Shown here: in pieces, positions 10,796 through 22,654 of the stretch
Layout: every line of letters starts with the position of its first letter
Numbering within the stretch: position 1 is the first letter of the stretch
From: Mayamaea pseudoterrestris
Lineage: Eukaryota
Length of the DNA stretch: 64,000 bases
Assembly (NCBI GenBank): GCA_027923505.1
Contig: BROI01000004.1
Location: forward strand, 806,001 to 870,000
Reading direction: 5' to 3'
The notes under the pieces: model-generated
What the model saw: the letters and a program-made list of their open reading frames with translations, nothing else
What the model was told of the DNA's origin: nothing
The model's database searches: none
Made by a program: the position numbers and the translations under genes

Positions 10796-12142
10796 TTAGT
10801 AAACTTCTACATGCCATTGCTTCTTTGCTTTTAGTCCCTTGAGCCATTCCTCATAGTCCAATCCCTTCTTTTGGGCGACAGTCTTGAGCATGTCCTGAAT
10901 ACCTGGCATCATTCCCTTGAGTCCACAAAAGTAAATGTGCGCGCCCCCTTCCAGTTTGTTAAAGATTTCATCCGCATACTCCTCCACCTTGTCTTGAATG
11001 TACATTTTGCCCCCTTTTTTGTTTTCCTGCTCGCGACTCAGCGCATAGTCAAGGCGGAAGTTGTCGGGATACTTTTGCTTGACCTCTTGCCACTCATCGT
11101 CATACAGCAAGGCGTCACTATTGGCGACGCCCAAGAATAGCCACGCTTGTCCCTTGTAGGCATTGGCGGCTGGCGTGTCTTCCACGAATAGTCGGCGAAC
11201 GAATCCGCGGTACGGAGCAATGCCAGTTCCAGTTGCCACCATAATGTAGTCCGTCTTTGGGTCCTCCTCCGGCATTAACATAACCTTACCTGCTGGTCCA
11301 GTCATCATGACTTCATCACCAGCCTTGGTGTCGCACAAAAAGTTGCTGCAAATGCCCTTTTTCGCTGGATCGTCTGCCTTGAGCTCGGGGCACCAGTAGG
11401 TTGCCCGACGCACGCACAAGCTTCCCGTCTTACCGGTCATATCATCACCGTAGCGAGATGAAGCAATGGAGTATAAGCGGACTGAATGCGGCTTGCCACC
11501 CTTTTCGCGAACACCAGGTGGAATGACTCCCCATGATTGTCCCTCCCAGTAGGGAAACTTGCCCTGGTGGTCGATGACAATGTGGCAGGTTTCACCAGTC
11601 GCCTTTGGCCCAACAATGCGCTTGGTACTAACAACCTTTCCCTTGAAGGGATCCTTGTTCTTGTAAACGTTGACTGGAACAGTGCTTTGGTCCCAGTATG
11701 GCGACGCTTCCAGAAAATCTTGCTTGCCAGTGCTGCCTCCGCCGCTTTGCAATATTTTGACACTGGCCACTCCAGCGACAATGCCTGCTCCAATTCCAAC
11801 GAGTTGCTTGGCAGTGTAGCCAGTCTCAATGACTGCGGCCGTCTTTTTGGCAGCCAAGGCAGCACCTGGAACTCCCGTTGTGGCCAAGGCAAACGTTCCG
11901 AAAGCACCAGCAACCTTTCCCAAGTGCTATGTACGAATATGATTTGGCGGCGCGTGTAAGTCAACGAGACTGCATATTCCATGCTCCCATAGTATTAGAT
12001 GTCAATTTACCTTAAGTGCTGCTTTTCTCTTGGATCCCTTTTCAGCAGTCATTTCTAGCGACACATGGACGCGAGGAGTAGCGATCGACGGCGTAAAGGC
12101 CGCGACACTCGACGCTGCCAGCAGACACAAAACGATTCGCAT
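10796..12142 (-). CDS. petH: Plastid ferredoxin-NADP+ reductase; intron 11927-12010
   Basis: [28 protein letters not shown] and terminal WHVEVY motifs; exon 1 [18 protein letters not shown] is a bipartite plastid-targeting presequence. Confidence 0.97.
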
Positions 12143-12715
12143 AGTGATGAATCAGCTGCACTACAAACTTTTACGTATTATACTGCGAGCAAGTGGTTAT
12201 ATCATTCGTTCCAAGGCGGGTCCGACAGCAGTCAGCGTAGCAGCAGCACCACATCCATGGCACGAGCGTGCGATGCTCCATGGTTTTGGAAAACGCACGA
12301 GCTCGGAGTGCGTCATCGTTTTGTTGCTCGCACCGGTACCGTGAGAAGCACGTCCGCCTAAAAGCAATCTGAAGATGTTAGCTATCTTGGCCGTACGGTA
12401 CATTATTATTGTATGTTGATCGAACATACCAATTACTATCTTTGACGACATGTGCATCGTGTTCATAGCTTATTGACGGTGCCAATACGCCGCCTGACGG
12501 CATTGCGAATATGTACAATATACGGGGGATGACGTACACGAGCGTTGATCCTTCATCAGCAGTGCTAAAGCATAAAAGCTAGTATCGAATTTTATATAAG
12601 CAGATCTTTTTTGGTTATAATTAGTAAGGATTGCATGAATGAAGAAAGATTGACATGAATATAGCAATAGTTTTTTACGCGACAACGCATGCACAGACGC
12701 ATGCGCTTGGCTTCT

Positions 12716-14300
12716 CTAGGTTTCAGTCAGAATGTCATCCACACTTGGCAAATCAAACTTGCTGGCGACCCGGAGACGATGGTAACGGTCAAACTTCTTG
12801 AAGACGGAGAGCAGTAATTTGCCGCCCGAGGTTTGGCAGCCCTCGCGAACCTTCCGCGCCATGATTTTGGCGACTATGACAACTCGTTTCTTGGAGTAGC
12901 CAGTGTATTTGACCAGCAACGTAGGCTGTAACACGGAAAGGCAAATGATGAAAGACAAGTAGAGACCTGTATATCATTCATATCCGATCAAACGTACCAT
13001 ACCGGGCGATTCGTCATCCAACTTGTCGAATTTTCGAAGTGCGGCGTTGTTCAATGCCAATACAGTCGCCGCAAGGGCTATAAGTGACGGTTGGTAGTTC
13101 AAAAACTCGGGCTCCTCCAACATCCGATCCAAGTAATAATGTGCGGAGAACCAAATAGCCGATTTCAGTTCAATCTGCATCATGTTTAAGAAGCGACACA
13201 TAAACGGATACGCCGTCGGAGACGAGATGCGAAATTGAAGAACCTTTAGAATTTCCCGCTCCGCATCCAAAACGTCTTGGTGCGAATATGCGCGGTCGCA
13301 CATGTAGACAAACTCCTTGGCTTCTGGAGGATAGATGTCTTCGTATTTGCTTGCAATCCAAAGGGCTGCAACTCCAATGAGCTGGACGCGAGTACGAGCG
13401 ACTTGGACGTGGGAGAGGTAGCGATCCAGAATGTTGATCGCAAGGTGCAGCGTCTCGTCAACACAATTAAACTTGTTCTGCAGCTGAACAATCCAATCAA
13501 TCAGAATTTTTCGCACGGTGCCGTTGATCTGGTCAGTGTCGTTAAGGTACGGTCGCACGCGAAAGGTGTCTTCGGCGGCGAACAAGCGCTGGTAGATGTC
13601 CGTCACATACTCTGGTACCTCCAATATATTATTCGCGTTCAGAAGATCATGCGGCGCGATTGCTCGGGTGAGTAGGCATGGATTGAATGGCTGGATGCAA
13701 AGATTGTGATCATCTTGCTTCATGAAATTGCCGCACGTGCTATCATCAATGGAGACAACACCGACCGAGCGAATGTCAGATGAGCGGGATTGGAGGATTG
13801 GCGCGCTGGTAAGGTCTGCAGTGCATCTCTCTTGAGAGATAAGCCGAGAGCGGGTAATCCGACGAGCTTCGTCCTGCACCGCATGGCGAGCTACCTTAGT
13901 TGGGCGTTCCACCAAAACGTCTGCACTGCGACTGCGAGCACGCTTGGTTCGCTGCTCCCGCTCAGACGCCTTTGTACTCGTATTTCGTTTCGTGGGCTTC
14001 TTTTGAGGTACCGGAGGTGCTGCTGAAGTTTCGAGCACCGAAAGAGTCCCTTGTTGCAGAAGTCTTTTACTGCGACGGAGTGTCGGCTGATCCTTCTTGA
14101 TTCTTTGAGATGTTGGCGCATCCTCCCGATTGGTATGATCAATCTGCTCGTGAAAAGAGATATTATTACTTTAGCAGCTGCTGTTCATTATAGTTAAGAT
14201 ATTTGTTAAAGCTTACCAATATTCCGCGTTTCGTGGCAGCATTGGCCAGCTGTTGTTGCGCTGCTCCTCCACGAGCAGCTGCTGCTTTACTCTTCGCCAT
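12716..14300 (-). CDS. A/B-type cyclin; introns 14147-14216 (NAGNAG acceptor) and 12926-12997
   Basis: Cyclin box VRKILIDWIV...ETLHLAINILDRYL...QLIGVAALWIASKYEDIYPP; GT-AG introns keep the frame. Confidence 0.93.
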
Positions 14301-14980
14301 GAGATTCTGCACAGAAGGCAAACATCATTGAGTCGGATCTTAATGAACATTTTTGGTCATGATCAATTAACGAGATAATTACGTCTTAAATGCCGTCGGC
14401 TGCTGCCGAAGAATGAGCGAACATTGTCATGATAAATCCATCACTCACTCACTCAGCCATTGCATACGATTTCTCGCCATGCAAGGCAAATCGGCGACAC
14501 ATCTTCACCTTCTTTGCAGTTTAAGTCGTCTTTTCGCTTACCTCTTGTCTCAAATTATAAATGAAAGGCCAATGATCTTGTATGATGCGGCAGCTTGCAC
14601 CACTATCGTCATGGTCATTTTTGTGTTTGCTTGTTCATGATGATGGCTGCGAATGATGTCGTCGCAGCATCACCCGATCCTATGTCATTGGTTGAAGTTT
14701 TCCAGCTGACGACGTCACGTTCACTCAGCTATCTTCTATATGCACCAATGCAGGCATTTATTTCTCGTAGAAAGGAGATTGCATGATACGCAGTAAGTAG
14801 CATTTTATTAAAGGCATCATTATAAATGCACACCAACTGTAAAGCATGCATTTTAGCTATTGTACGATATCTACATATAGTTAACAGACGAAGGAAACGT
14901 CACTTTTTCCCTTATTTTATGTCAGCCTGGAATTCTGGGCAGCACAACTCGTGACGGTTTGATAGATAGCTGTTTAATGG

Positions 14981-16060
14981 CTACATTAAAGAAGGTCCCC
15001 CAGTCACTTTGGATACAGCGGCATCATTAACCGTTACTCGAATCAGTGGTAGTCCACTCGTTTGACCAGGTACAACTCCTCGAATACCTCGCTGGGTCGG
15101 CAAGTTTGCAAGCCGCTCCAAAAAAGCCATGGATTCGGCATCCAAGACTTGACCGACAACTCGTCTGCTCTTATCCATTGAGGGCGTCGAGTCTGCGGTA
15201 ATCAAAAAGGCACGCTCAAACGATTCGTCGTCGGATTCAAAGCCAGTTCCTCCATAACCAAGCCCCTTTATGGAAACCGATAGCAGGCCTGCTGCGTCAT
15301 GGCTACGAGTGACCTTGTCATTGGCTGTGATGGACGCACTCGGTCGCTTTTGCGGTATGAAATCTGTCACTCTAGAAAGGCCTCGACTTCGCCCAAATGC
15401 ATTGGATTGGCTTGGTACTCCAAATTCTACAGCAACTCCTGGATTAATGTATGAAACAACACCGCCAGCGGCGAGAGAGACGGGAGAAGTCATTGTCTTC
15501 ATGCTGTCACCATTTCCAGCTTGTGTTGTCAATCCTTGCGACAAGAAGTCGATTAGCTCCAGGACGGCGCCTGGACACTCATTTCCGTAGAGACCGAGCT
15601 TGAGTACACCCGATTCCTTTCTTCCAACGTCTATTCGAATAAGAGCGATATGTGTGATATCCACAACTGGCTGAGGAACTTGCTTGCCCATCAATGAACT
15701 TCGAAGTGTGCCATCAGCTCCGCAGAGAGGATCGGATGGGTCGCATCTTTCTTTTGCTCCCCAGCTCCATCCAACAGCACCGTCCCATTCACCAATCTCA
15801 AGACAATTACCAGCGGCACGACACGACTCTTCGGCTCCACCAACTGCTCGCGTGACGCCATTACTCTTCGTCGGTGTGACGAACAAAGTCATTGCCGACG
15901 AAAGAACGCTATTTACAAAAAGTCGCCGACTGCCATTCATTGAATCATTACATTGTGCATTTAGTCTTGTGTGCAATTTCCCAGTTATCTCGTTTACATT
16001 CAGGCAGCTTGCGATAGTGCATAAAAGACTCCAAGAGAGCAATCGGCAGGCCCTGGCCAT
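14981..16060 (-). CDS. Plastid/thylakoid-lumen cyclophilin-like protein (divergent PPIase fold)
   Basis: Signal peptide plus twin-Arg-like SRRLF segment; LKLGLYGNECP, HDAAGLLS and VVGQVLD resemble cyclophilin motifs. Confidence 0.7.
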   Translation of the reverse strand: MARACRLLSWSLLCTIASCLNVNEITGKLHTRLNAQCNDSMNGSRRLFVNSVLSSAMTLFVTPTKSNGVTRAVGGAEESCRAAGNCLEIGEWDGAVGWSWGAKERCDPSDPLCGADGTLRSSLMGKQVPQPVVDITHIALIRIDVGRKESGVLKLGLYGNECPGAVLELIDFLSQGLTTQAGNGDSMKTMTSPVSLAAGGVVSYINPGVAVEFGVPSQSNAFGRSRGLSRVTDFIPQKRPSASITANDKVTRSHDAAGLLSVSIKGLGYGGTGFESDDESFERAFLITADSTPSMDKSRRVVGQVLDAESMAFLERLANLPTQRGIRGVVPGQTSGLPLIRVTVNDAAVSKVTGGPSLM

Positions 16061-16940
16061 GGTGCAAGCAACATCTGTGACAACGGATCGGAAGTTAGCG
16101 CGCGCATCTTCCTGTTCAATGAGCCATTACCGGTGCGATCTCAAGATGTCGTTTACGTACAGTTGTTAAGAAGAAAGACTATGCTGGAAGAGCTCATACA
16201 GTACATATACTACTGTACTGTAGTACGACTATCTTATATCATGCGATGCTGTAAGCGCCCCGACTGATGGCTCTTTGTTTTTAATGGCGGCTGATCACGG
16301 TCCTGGTGATCCAACCTAGCTGACACTGATTCTACTTCTATGAATTCCGTTGAGGCCTACCGCCGGTAGCTGTAACACTCATTCGCCGCATGCTGACGGA
16401 ACTATTCGCAAAAATCTCACAGTGGACCCAAGCAACAAGGGTCGGACAGCTTGGAAAATTTATTGCGTCTTTTACGTAGCTATCTTTAAGCTTGCTACGC
16501 AAATTGACAGAAGCCGCTGAAAAAATCATAATTAGGAGGCAATGACATAGCCTGACAAGATAACTTGAGGTCGCCGCGAGTAGAGCCTTGCTTGCAGACT
16601 TTACCTCTCTTGCAACGCATTACTCTTGCGTCTCTAACATCATCCACAAGTGAGTCGTGGTTGCGATGCTGCGGATAGCATCCGGAAGCAGTAGTCGCGC
16701 ATTCAATGCCCACACGTCGTCATGTCGCAGCAACTTTTGTGGTGAAATAGAGACTACCGGTAGGTGATAAGATAGGGATGATATATGCGAAAAGTGGATG
16801 TGGCGCATCGTCTTGTGGTTCTTCTGCAAAGACGAAAGTAACTCATGGTCGAGTAGTGCGTAATTTTAACATTCTAACTATTTCAACATGTTCTTTACAT
16901 CATTATATGACAAAACCAGTGGCAAACCAAGTCTTCTCCA

Positions 16941-17348
16941 CTATAGTTCCGGCAGCAGCAGTGATTGTAGACTGCCATTTCGAGGAGCTTCCCAGTCAAC
17001 CATGATCCATGCATCATCGTCATTGTCCAGTGCCGGAGGCGACAGAAGTCGCTTCGCAAGCAATGGTCGAGGCGTGACAAACACAGCAGCTGCATCCTTC
17101 ACTTCGAGCATGCGCAGCTTCTGAAAGTCATCATGTATGTCATTAACGTCTCGTTGTGGTCGAGGAGCTAATCGCCATGGCAATGCATTCATTCTTCGGA
17201 GCAATTGATGCCTTGGCTCCGTGCGGCGACGACGAGGACGAAGCTTGATTACCGGTCGTTGACGAACGCGAGCTGCGTCCTTTCTGTTACTCAAACAATC
17301 CTCCAGACATGGATATAGGGGACCTTTAGCTGCCTTGATAATTGCCAT
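16941..17348 (-). CDS. Small hypothetical protein (~135 aa)
   Basis: ORF from MAIIKAAKG in a plausible ACA-ATG context; no recognisable domain. Confidence 0.4.
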   Translation of the reverse strand: MAIIKAAKGPLYPCLEDCLSNRKDAARVRQRPVIKLRPRRRRTEPRHQLLRRMNALPWRLAPRPQRDVNDIHDDFQKLRMLEVKDAAAVFVTPRPLLAKRLLSPPALDNDDDAWIMVDWEAPRNGSLQSLLLPEL

Positions 17349-17599
17349 TGTTGACTGTCTTGTTTGGTGAAGGTTTGGCCTCTCTCGCTTCATTTTATGA
17401 GCCGGAACGTGTTCGAGGTTCCGTGAGAGCGCGCCGCGCGCGTCTCGGAGAAACCTTCCGTGACTCACTGCAACGAGCGAATGTTGTCCCACTACGACAG
17501 CGACAACATCCAATGCGATGACGAATCGACCATGGGGGCTGACGAGAGGTGAAAGTGTTCACACACCCGTATCATATATACTATTGATAACTTACAACC

Positions 17600-18271
17600 A
17601 TGACAAACTCTACAATAAGCAACGACGGCTTGTCTTCATTCTTCAGTGCCTTCCCTGCTGACGACATTCTCATTGACATTGTTCCTTCGCTTGACGCTCC
17701 ACAATCGTTTGCACTCCTTTTGACCAAGAAACCAATCGGTCCATTCATTGCTGGAATTGCCACGCAGGTTCCACTTTGGCTGGCTCTGTTTCTACATCAA
17801 CGATCACTTTGTCAAATTGCTGTGCCGTCATGGTGCTCGGTAGAAAATTTGACCAAGATTTTGGAGTTTGAGCGAACGCACATTGACCTTTGGCCCGACT
17901 CTGCAACGTTGCCGCACTATTATATGGAGATTTATCAACGACTTGCTCAACAAGCAGACAAAGCAGTTGGAGTCTTGATGCAAGACATATTCCAGGTTCG
18001 TTGCGATAAGTTGCAGCAGCAATTTCAAGGGCTATTGAAAGATAACGCTGGAAACTTGTTGGTCATGGTGAATGGAATTGCTAGTCAGGAACTGGCAGTC
18101 TTGCGGCCGTTTGTTTTGCAGGCTTTGAATGATCAGCACTTGTTGAGTCATGTCGCCGATGTATCGACGGCAAAGGAAGCGACTAGTGGAACGGTGGATG
18201 AATCTGGAGTAGGCGATCGATCAGATGCTCCCACAAAAGCGCGTGTTCCTATTCGTCGCTTTCGAAAATAG
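17600..18271 (+). CDS. PSF2: GINS complex subunit Psf2
   Basis: IDIVPS, GPFIAGIATQVPLWLA, PSW, LPHYYMEI and ELAVLRPF match Psf2 motifs. Confidence 0.9.
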   Translation: MTNSTISNDGLSSFFSAFPADDILIDIVPSLDAPQSFALLLTKKPIGPFIAGIATQVPLWLALFLHQRSLCQIAVPSWCSVENLTKILEFERTHIDLWPDSATLPHYYMEIYQRLAQQADKAVGVLMQDIFQVRCDKLQQQFQGLLKDNAGNLLVMVNGIASQELAVLRPFVLQALNDQHLLSHVADVSTAKEATSGTVDESGVGDRSDAPTKARVPIRRFRK

Positions 18272-18456
18272 TAAAGCTATTGACCCGAAACTATCTTCTT
18301 AATTGTCAGTTTGTGCAGAATATTCTTTCTGCATAAAGTATTCTATCGTACATGACGCGATAAAACATGTATGCTATCGCCGCTAGCTGAGTTGAGTGGA
18401 CGCACTCGTCATCTTATCAATGGCTATACCAAGGCTACCAACTCAAGACTTTGGTG

Positions 18457-19733
18457 TTACTTTTGCAAGGCTGCCTTGACTTCTTCGTCAAGTCCTAGTT
18501 TCTTCGCCTCCTTTCGAAGGTCGACACCGCATCGCTTTAGTAGACGTAATGCGTCACTCGGACGGGTGCAGTCTAACGCTTTCCGTATTACCTTTGGCTT
18601 GAATTGTTGTACTTCTTGACCGAAACCTGATGAAAAAATCGGTTCAGCATAACATACACGATGCAAATACAGGCAACAGGACTCCATTTGTAGTAGTAAC
18701 TCACCAACCCACAACAGATTGACATCCATCCACCTTTCTCGGGGCAGCCACGCTTCCAGCTGCACACGCGTCTGCTCTGGCGTTTTACTCTTGACCCAGC
18801 CAAGCTGGTTGAATAGCCGGTGCATGTGTGTATCGACTCCAATTCCACTGGCTCGCTTCCACGCGACGCTTTCGCAAATGTACGCCATTTTCGGACCAAC
18901 TCCCGGCAGCTCCTGCATTTGCTTGGCGTCGGGTGGAATGTCGCCATCAAAACGTTCGAGTAAAATGGCTACAGTCTCCTTAATGTACTTGGTCTTGTTG
19001 TTATGAAAACCAACCTTGTTAATGTAGCCGTTCAGTTCGACTGGCGTCATGGCAGAGATCGCTGATACACTGGCAACGTTGTTTTGCTGCATGGCGCGAA
19101 CCGCCTGCCCAACAGTGGCATCCTTGGTTTGTGACGAAAGCATGAGGCTGAGCAAGGCTTGAAAGCGAAAGTCCTTGGGCGATATAGTCTCGCTGGCGAG
19201 GGCTTCGCATCCAGCCAAGTCCTGATGAATGATATAGAGATGGAATGGCCACTGTATTAGTATAAAGATACCCTTGCTTACCTGCAATCTCCGCCAATCA
19301 GGTAGTGTGACAGTGACATGCATGATGATTTACTTACACACGGCGCACTTTTATCGTTTCGAAGTTCCTCCACTAGACTGTAAATGTTTTCCCAACCCTT
19401 TGGAGGTGTCTTGCTTGGTAACGAGGAAGAAGGAACGGCTTGTACAGATTCTTCGGCAGCAAAAATTGAACCCGACGGAGTGACAATTGCAGCTGCAACT
19501 GATTGACTCGTAGTCGTTTTGGACAAAAGAGCAGTCGGTGTGACTAGTCCATAGGTTGATTCAACAGTCTCCGTCTTGGCTCGCTTGCTGCTTTTCAATG
19601 GAGTGACTGGTGGTCCAGTTTGCGTTATTGTTGATCGAGTGCGTGTCTTCATGGCAAAGAAACCAGCAACGAAAGGTCGACTCGAGGCGGCAGTGGCGAT
19701 TGAATAAATAAGAAAGCAGCGAAAGCGAAGCAT
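18457..19733 (-). CDS. NTH1: Endonuclease III-like DNA glycosylase/AP lyase (HhH-GPD); introns 19222-19337 and 18627-18704
   Basis: RFQALLSLMLSSQTKD, VGFHNNK, LPGVGPKMA, GIGVDTHMHR, LWVGFGQ. The start codon is uncertain (19733 or 19652). Confidence 0.93.
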
Positions 19734-20171
19734 ATGCTGCTGCCGCCGCCTTGGCCAAACACTTGTATAATTGTCGTCGAGCCGCAAGCGTCGTGAGTGG
19801 CAGCAGTGCCATGGTGCGAGGAGAGAAACGGACGCAGAAACGGCGCGCAAAAGCGTGACAAACGTCGGACCGGTACTGATCCTTGTCGATGACCCCGACA
19901 TCACAAAGCGAGACATTAGCGTCCGAATTCTACCAGCACCCTCGAAGCACCTCGAGTGTACTTTGGTATTTTCCTTTCTCGAGCAGTCGATGCGGAGTCG
20001 ACTTGGGAGTTGAACGGTGCTGCAAAACACAAAGGGATTGCAAATTCGGGTCTCGACACAGCAACAGGCTGGACGAAAGCCTAGCGAGATCCAAGATCCA
20101 AGCGCCACTCACCACGACAAGGTAACAAAAGCAGCAGTCTAATTTGAACCAGAAGCAGGATCAAAACATCG

Positions 20172-22637
20172 ATGTCAGCGACAATGGAGCAAACGTCGCC
20201 AAATACATCGCCAGCCTCTCCCATTTCAGACAGTGGCGAAAGCTGTCATTCCAATGATCGCCGGAACAGTTGGAAGGAGAAGCTTTCTCCGTACATGCCC
20301 AAACGCAATTCATCACGTTGCGTCCAACTCGAGCTACAAAATAGCATTGACGATGACTTGCTCGTTGTGTTGAAGCAAGTCGTTCGCACCATTTTGGAGC
20401 AAGAGCCGAAAGTCATTACGAAAAGTTGCCTCTATCGAGTCTTGCGCAAGTTTGCCCGCAGTCAAGTTGACTTGAAGTCACTTGAGACGCAACTGATCAA
20501 AACGACGCGAGAGCTGCATGAATGTCAAATGCAGCTTGCCGTCAAGGAGGAAAATGCTTCTGAAACAAACAACAATGGTACTGTCGCTGCAACAAACCCG
20601 TCGGCGCAGCAGCGTACGACGCAACAGCAAATCATCAAGCTCCAGCAAATGATTATTGATTTGGAAGAGGTTCATACCAAGCAGCGACAAAAGTATGAAC
20701 AAGCGCTGCGCCAGTTCCAGCAGAATCACGAATCGACGCGTCAGTCGCTTGATACAACCAGTCGCGAGCGAAATGATATACAATCGCAGCTGGAGCAGGA
20801 GCGCATTGCGACGGCCGTCGGTGAGCAGGTGATTCAAGCGCTCAGAGAAACGTTGCTGGACAAGGATGAGTGCATAAAAGAGCATGAGCGTGATACTGAA
20901 AGGCTGCAAATGCAGTTGACTACAACTATGCAAGCGGTTGCGGAGCGAGACGAAACTATTGAGCTGCTGCAGAAGCAAATCAACGAAATACAAGTACAAC
21001 AAAAGGCAGTAGGAGCGACTGACGAGGCACAAGCTACTGGTAAAACAGTTGAAATGGACGATACTAGTGCTCATGAGGCAGTAAATACGGGGGATCGTTT
21101 GGAAGTTTCCGTCAAGTCGACTGGTTCTGCTGCAGATATCACCGCCGCCATTCGGGGCGCATCGTTGGAACCCAATGGGTACGAGGTACATTCACACAAC
21201 GGGAAAGAAGGTGGGTTTATGCTATCCCGTATTAACGAACTCGAAAAGCAACGACTAGCGATGATAAAGGTGGCAATGGATACATCCACTACCGAAACCG
21301 CCACTGACATTGATGAACGAATTATTCTCCAAAGAGACAGCGACGATTCTGATAAGCCTTGGCGAGTCGATGAATTGAGGAAACGAAGAGACACTCAAGA
21401 GAAGGACGTGAAGCAGCAGCTTTTCCGCATAAATCAGAGGACGTCGACATCTGGACAAGCAACGGCTCAATCGCCTGATCGAGATTCTGGGTGGAGGTCG
21501 GCCCCAAATTCTCCTTCGGACCGTAATGTTGCAACATTGAAGACGCATGTTGCGGTCCAGGAAGCTCTGGTAAAGGAACGGGATGCCACTATTGAAGAGT
21601 TGCAAGCTCAAGTACAAGATCTTTCGTCTAAACTGGACGCGACAGTGGCCTTGACTGCTTCTCTGGTTATGCGCGACCGTGCACGAACAATTAAGAATGA
21701 CGGTGGACAGGGAAAGCAAGTTGATGCTAAGCAAGTTGACGAGCTACAACGAAGCCTCAAGCACAGCGAAGCAAAGGTTGCAAAGTTAAAGCAAGAATTG
21801 ACTGTAACCAAGCGGAATGCAACTAACTCGGAACAAAAGATCAAACTGCTCGAAACTTTCATTATGGAAGACCTACATGATGAGGTAGTCCTCGGAGAAG
21901 TAACAGAATCACAGAAACGTAGAAAAACTATCGAATCATTTGAAGAAAGCACGCGAAGTATTCTCGATGAGTCGCAAATGCTTGCAATAGAAAAGGCGTC
22001 GCTTAAAACAGAGCTCTACGATTTGAAAAGCCAACTCAGGATTGCACAAGCAATGGTGTCGGACTTGGAAAAAGATCGCAAATCGTTAAGATCCAGAATT
22101 GCGCACATTGATCCACTGGGTGAAATCACAGAAAAGGCAGACATTGAAGCTAAAGTTTATGAGCTAGCGCTTGAGCTTGCCGACGTGACGGTTGAGAGGG
22201 ATGCACTAGCAGAAGAGCTACATATGGGAAAGCAACGCATCATACGACTCGAAGGTGAATGTGCAATAACTAGACGCAATTCATACAAATTAAAGGGATT
22301 GCCCATCATGGCTGACTTGTCAGAAGCAGAAGAAAGTTTTGGTACTATCTCCGAGAGAAGTACCCGCCTTTCCTTCTTTAGCGGGCAGGAAGAACAAGTG
22401 TCACCAGGCTCGCCACCTTGCTCCAGAGATTCAGCAATCCGGGAGGGCATCTGCTCACTCTTTGCGCCTGAACCTTCCTCTGCAAAGCGCCAGTCACCGG
22501 ATGTGAAGCAACTGGAACAACGGATTGCTGATTTGGAAGCAGCGAATAACGCGTATGCAGCATCAGTTGACTCTCTCAAGAGTCAGCTTAATGAATGCAT
22601 GTTCGATCATTCTGGTCACACTACCGGTAGTAGTTAG
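20172..22637 (+). CDS. Long coiled-coil protein (821 aa)
   Basis: Uninterrupted ORF with Q/E/L/K-rich heptad segments. Confidence 0.85.
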   Translation: MSATMEQTSPNTSPASPISDSGESCHSNDRRNSWKEKLSPYMPKRNSSRCVQLELQNSIDDDLLVVLKQVVRTILEQEPKVITKSCLYRVLRKFARSQVDLKSLETQLIKTTRELHECQMQLAVKEENASETNNNGTVAATNPSAQQRTTQQQIIKLQQMIIDLEEVHTKQRQKYEQALRQFQQNHESTRQSLDTTSRERNDIQSQLEQERIATAVGEQVIQALRETLLDKDECIKEHERDTERLQMQLTTTMQAVAERDETIELLQKQINEIQVQQKAVGATDEAQATGKTVEMDDTSAHEAVNTGDRLEVSVKSTGSAADITAAIRGASLEPNGYEVHSHNGKEGGFMLSRINELEKQRLAMIKVAMDTSTTETATDIDERIILQRDSDDSDKPWRVDELRKRRDTQEKDVKQQLFRINQRTSTSGQATAQSPDRDSGWRSAPNSPSDRNVATLKTHVAVQEALVKERDATIEELQAQVQDLSSKLDATVALTASLVMRDRARTIKNDGGQGKQVDAKQVDELQRSLKHSEAKVAKLKQELTVTKRNATNSEQKIKLLETFIMEDLHDEVVLGEVTESQKRRKTIESFEESTRSILDESQMLAIEKASLKTELYDLKSQLRIAQAMVSDLEKDRKSLRSRIAHIDPLGEITEKADIEAKVYELALELADVTVERDALAEELHMGKQRIIRLEGECAITRRNSYKLKGLPIMADLSEAEESFGTISERSTRLSFFSGQEEQVSPGSPPCSRDSAIREGICSLFAPEPSSAKRQSPDVKQLEQRIADLEAANNAYAASVDSLKSQLNECMFDHSGHTTGSS

Positions 22638-22654
22638 CAATAAGTAGAATCCAT

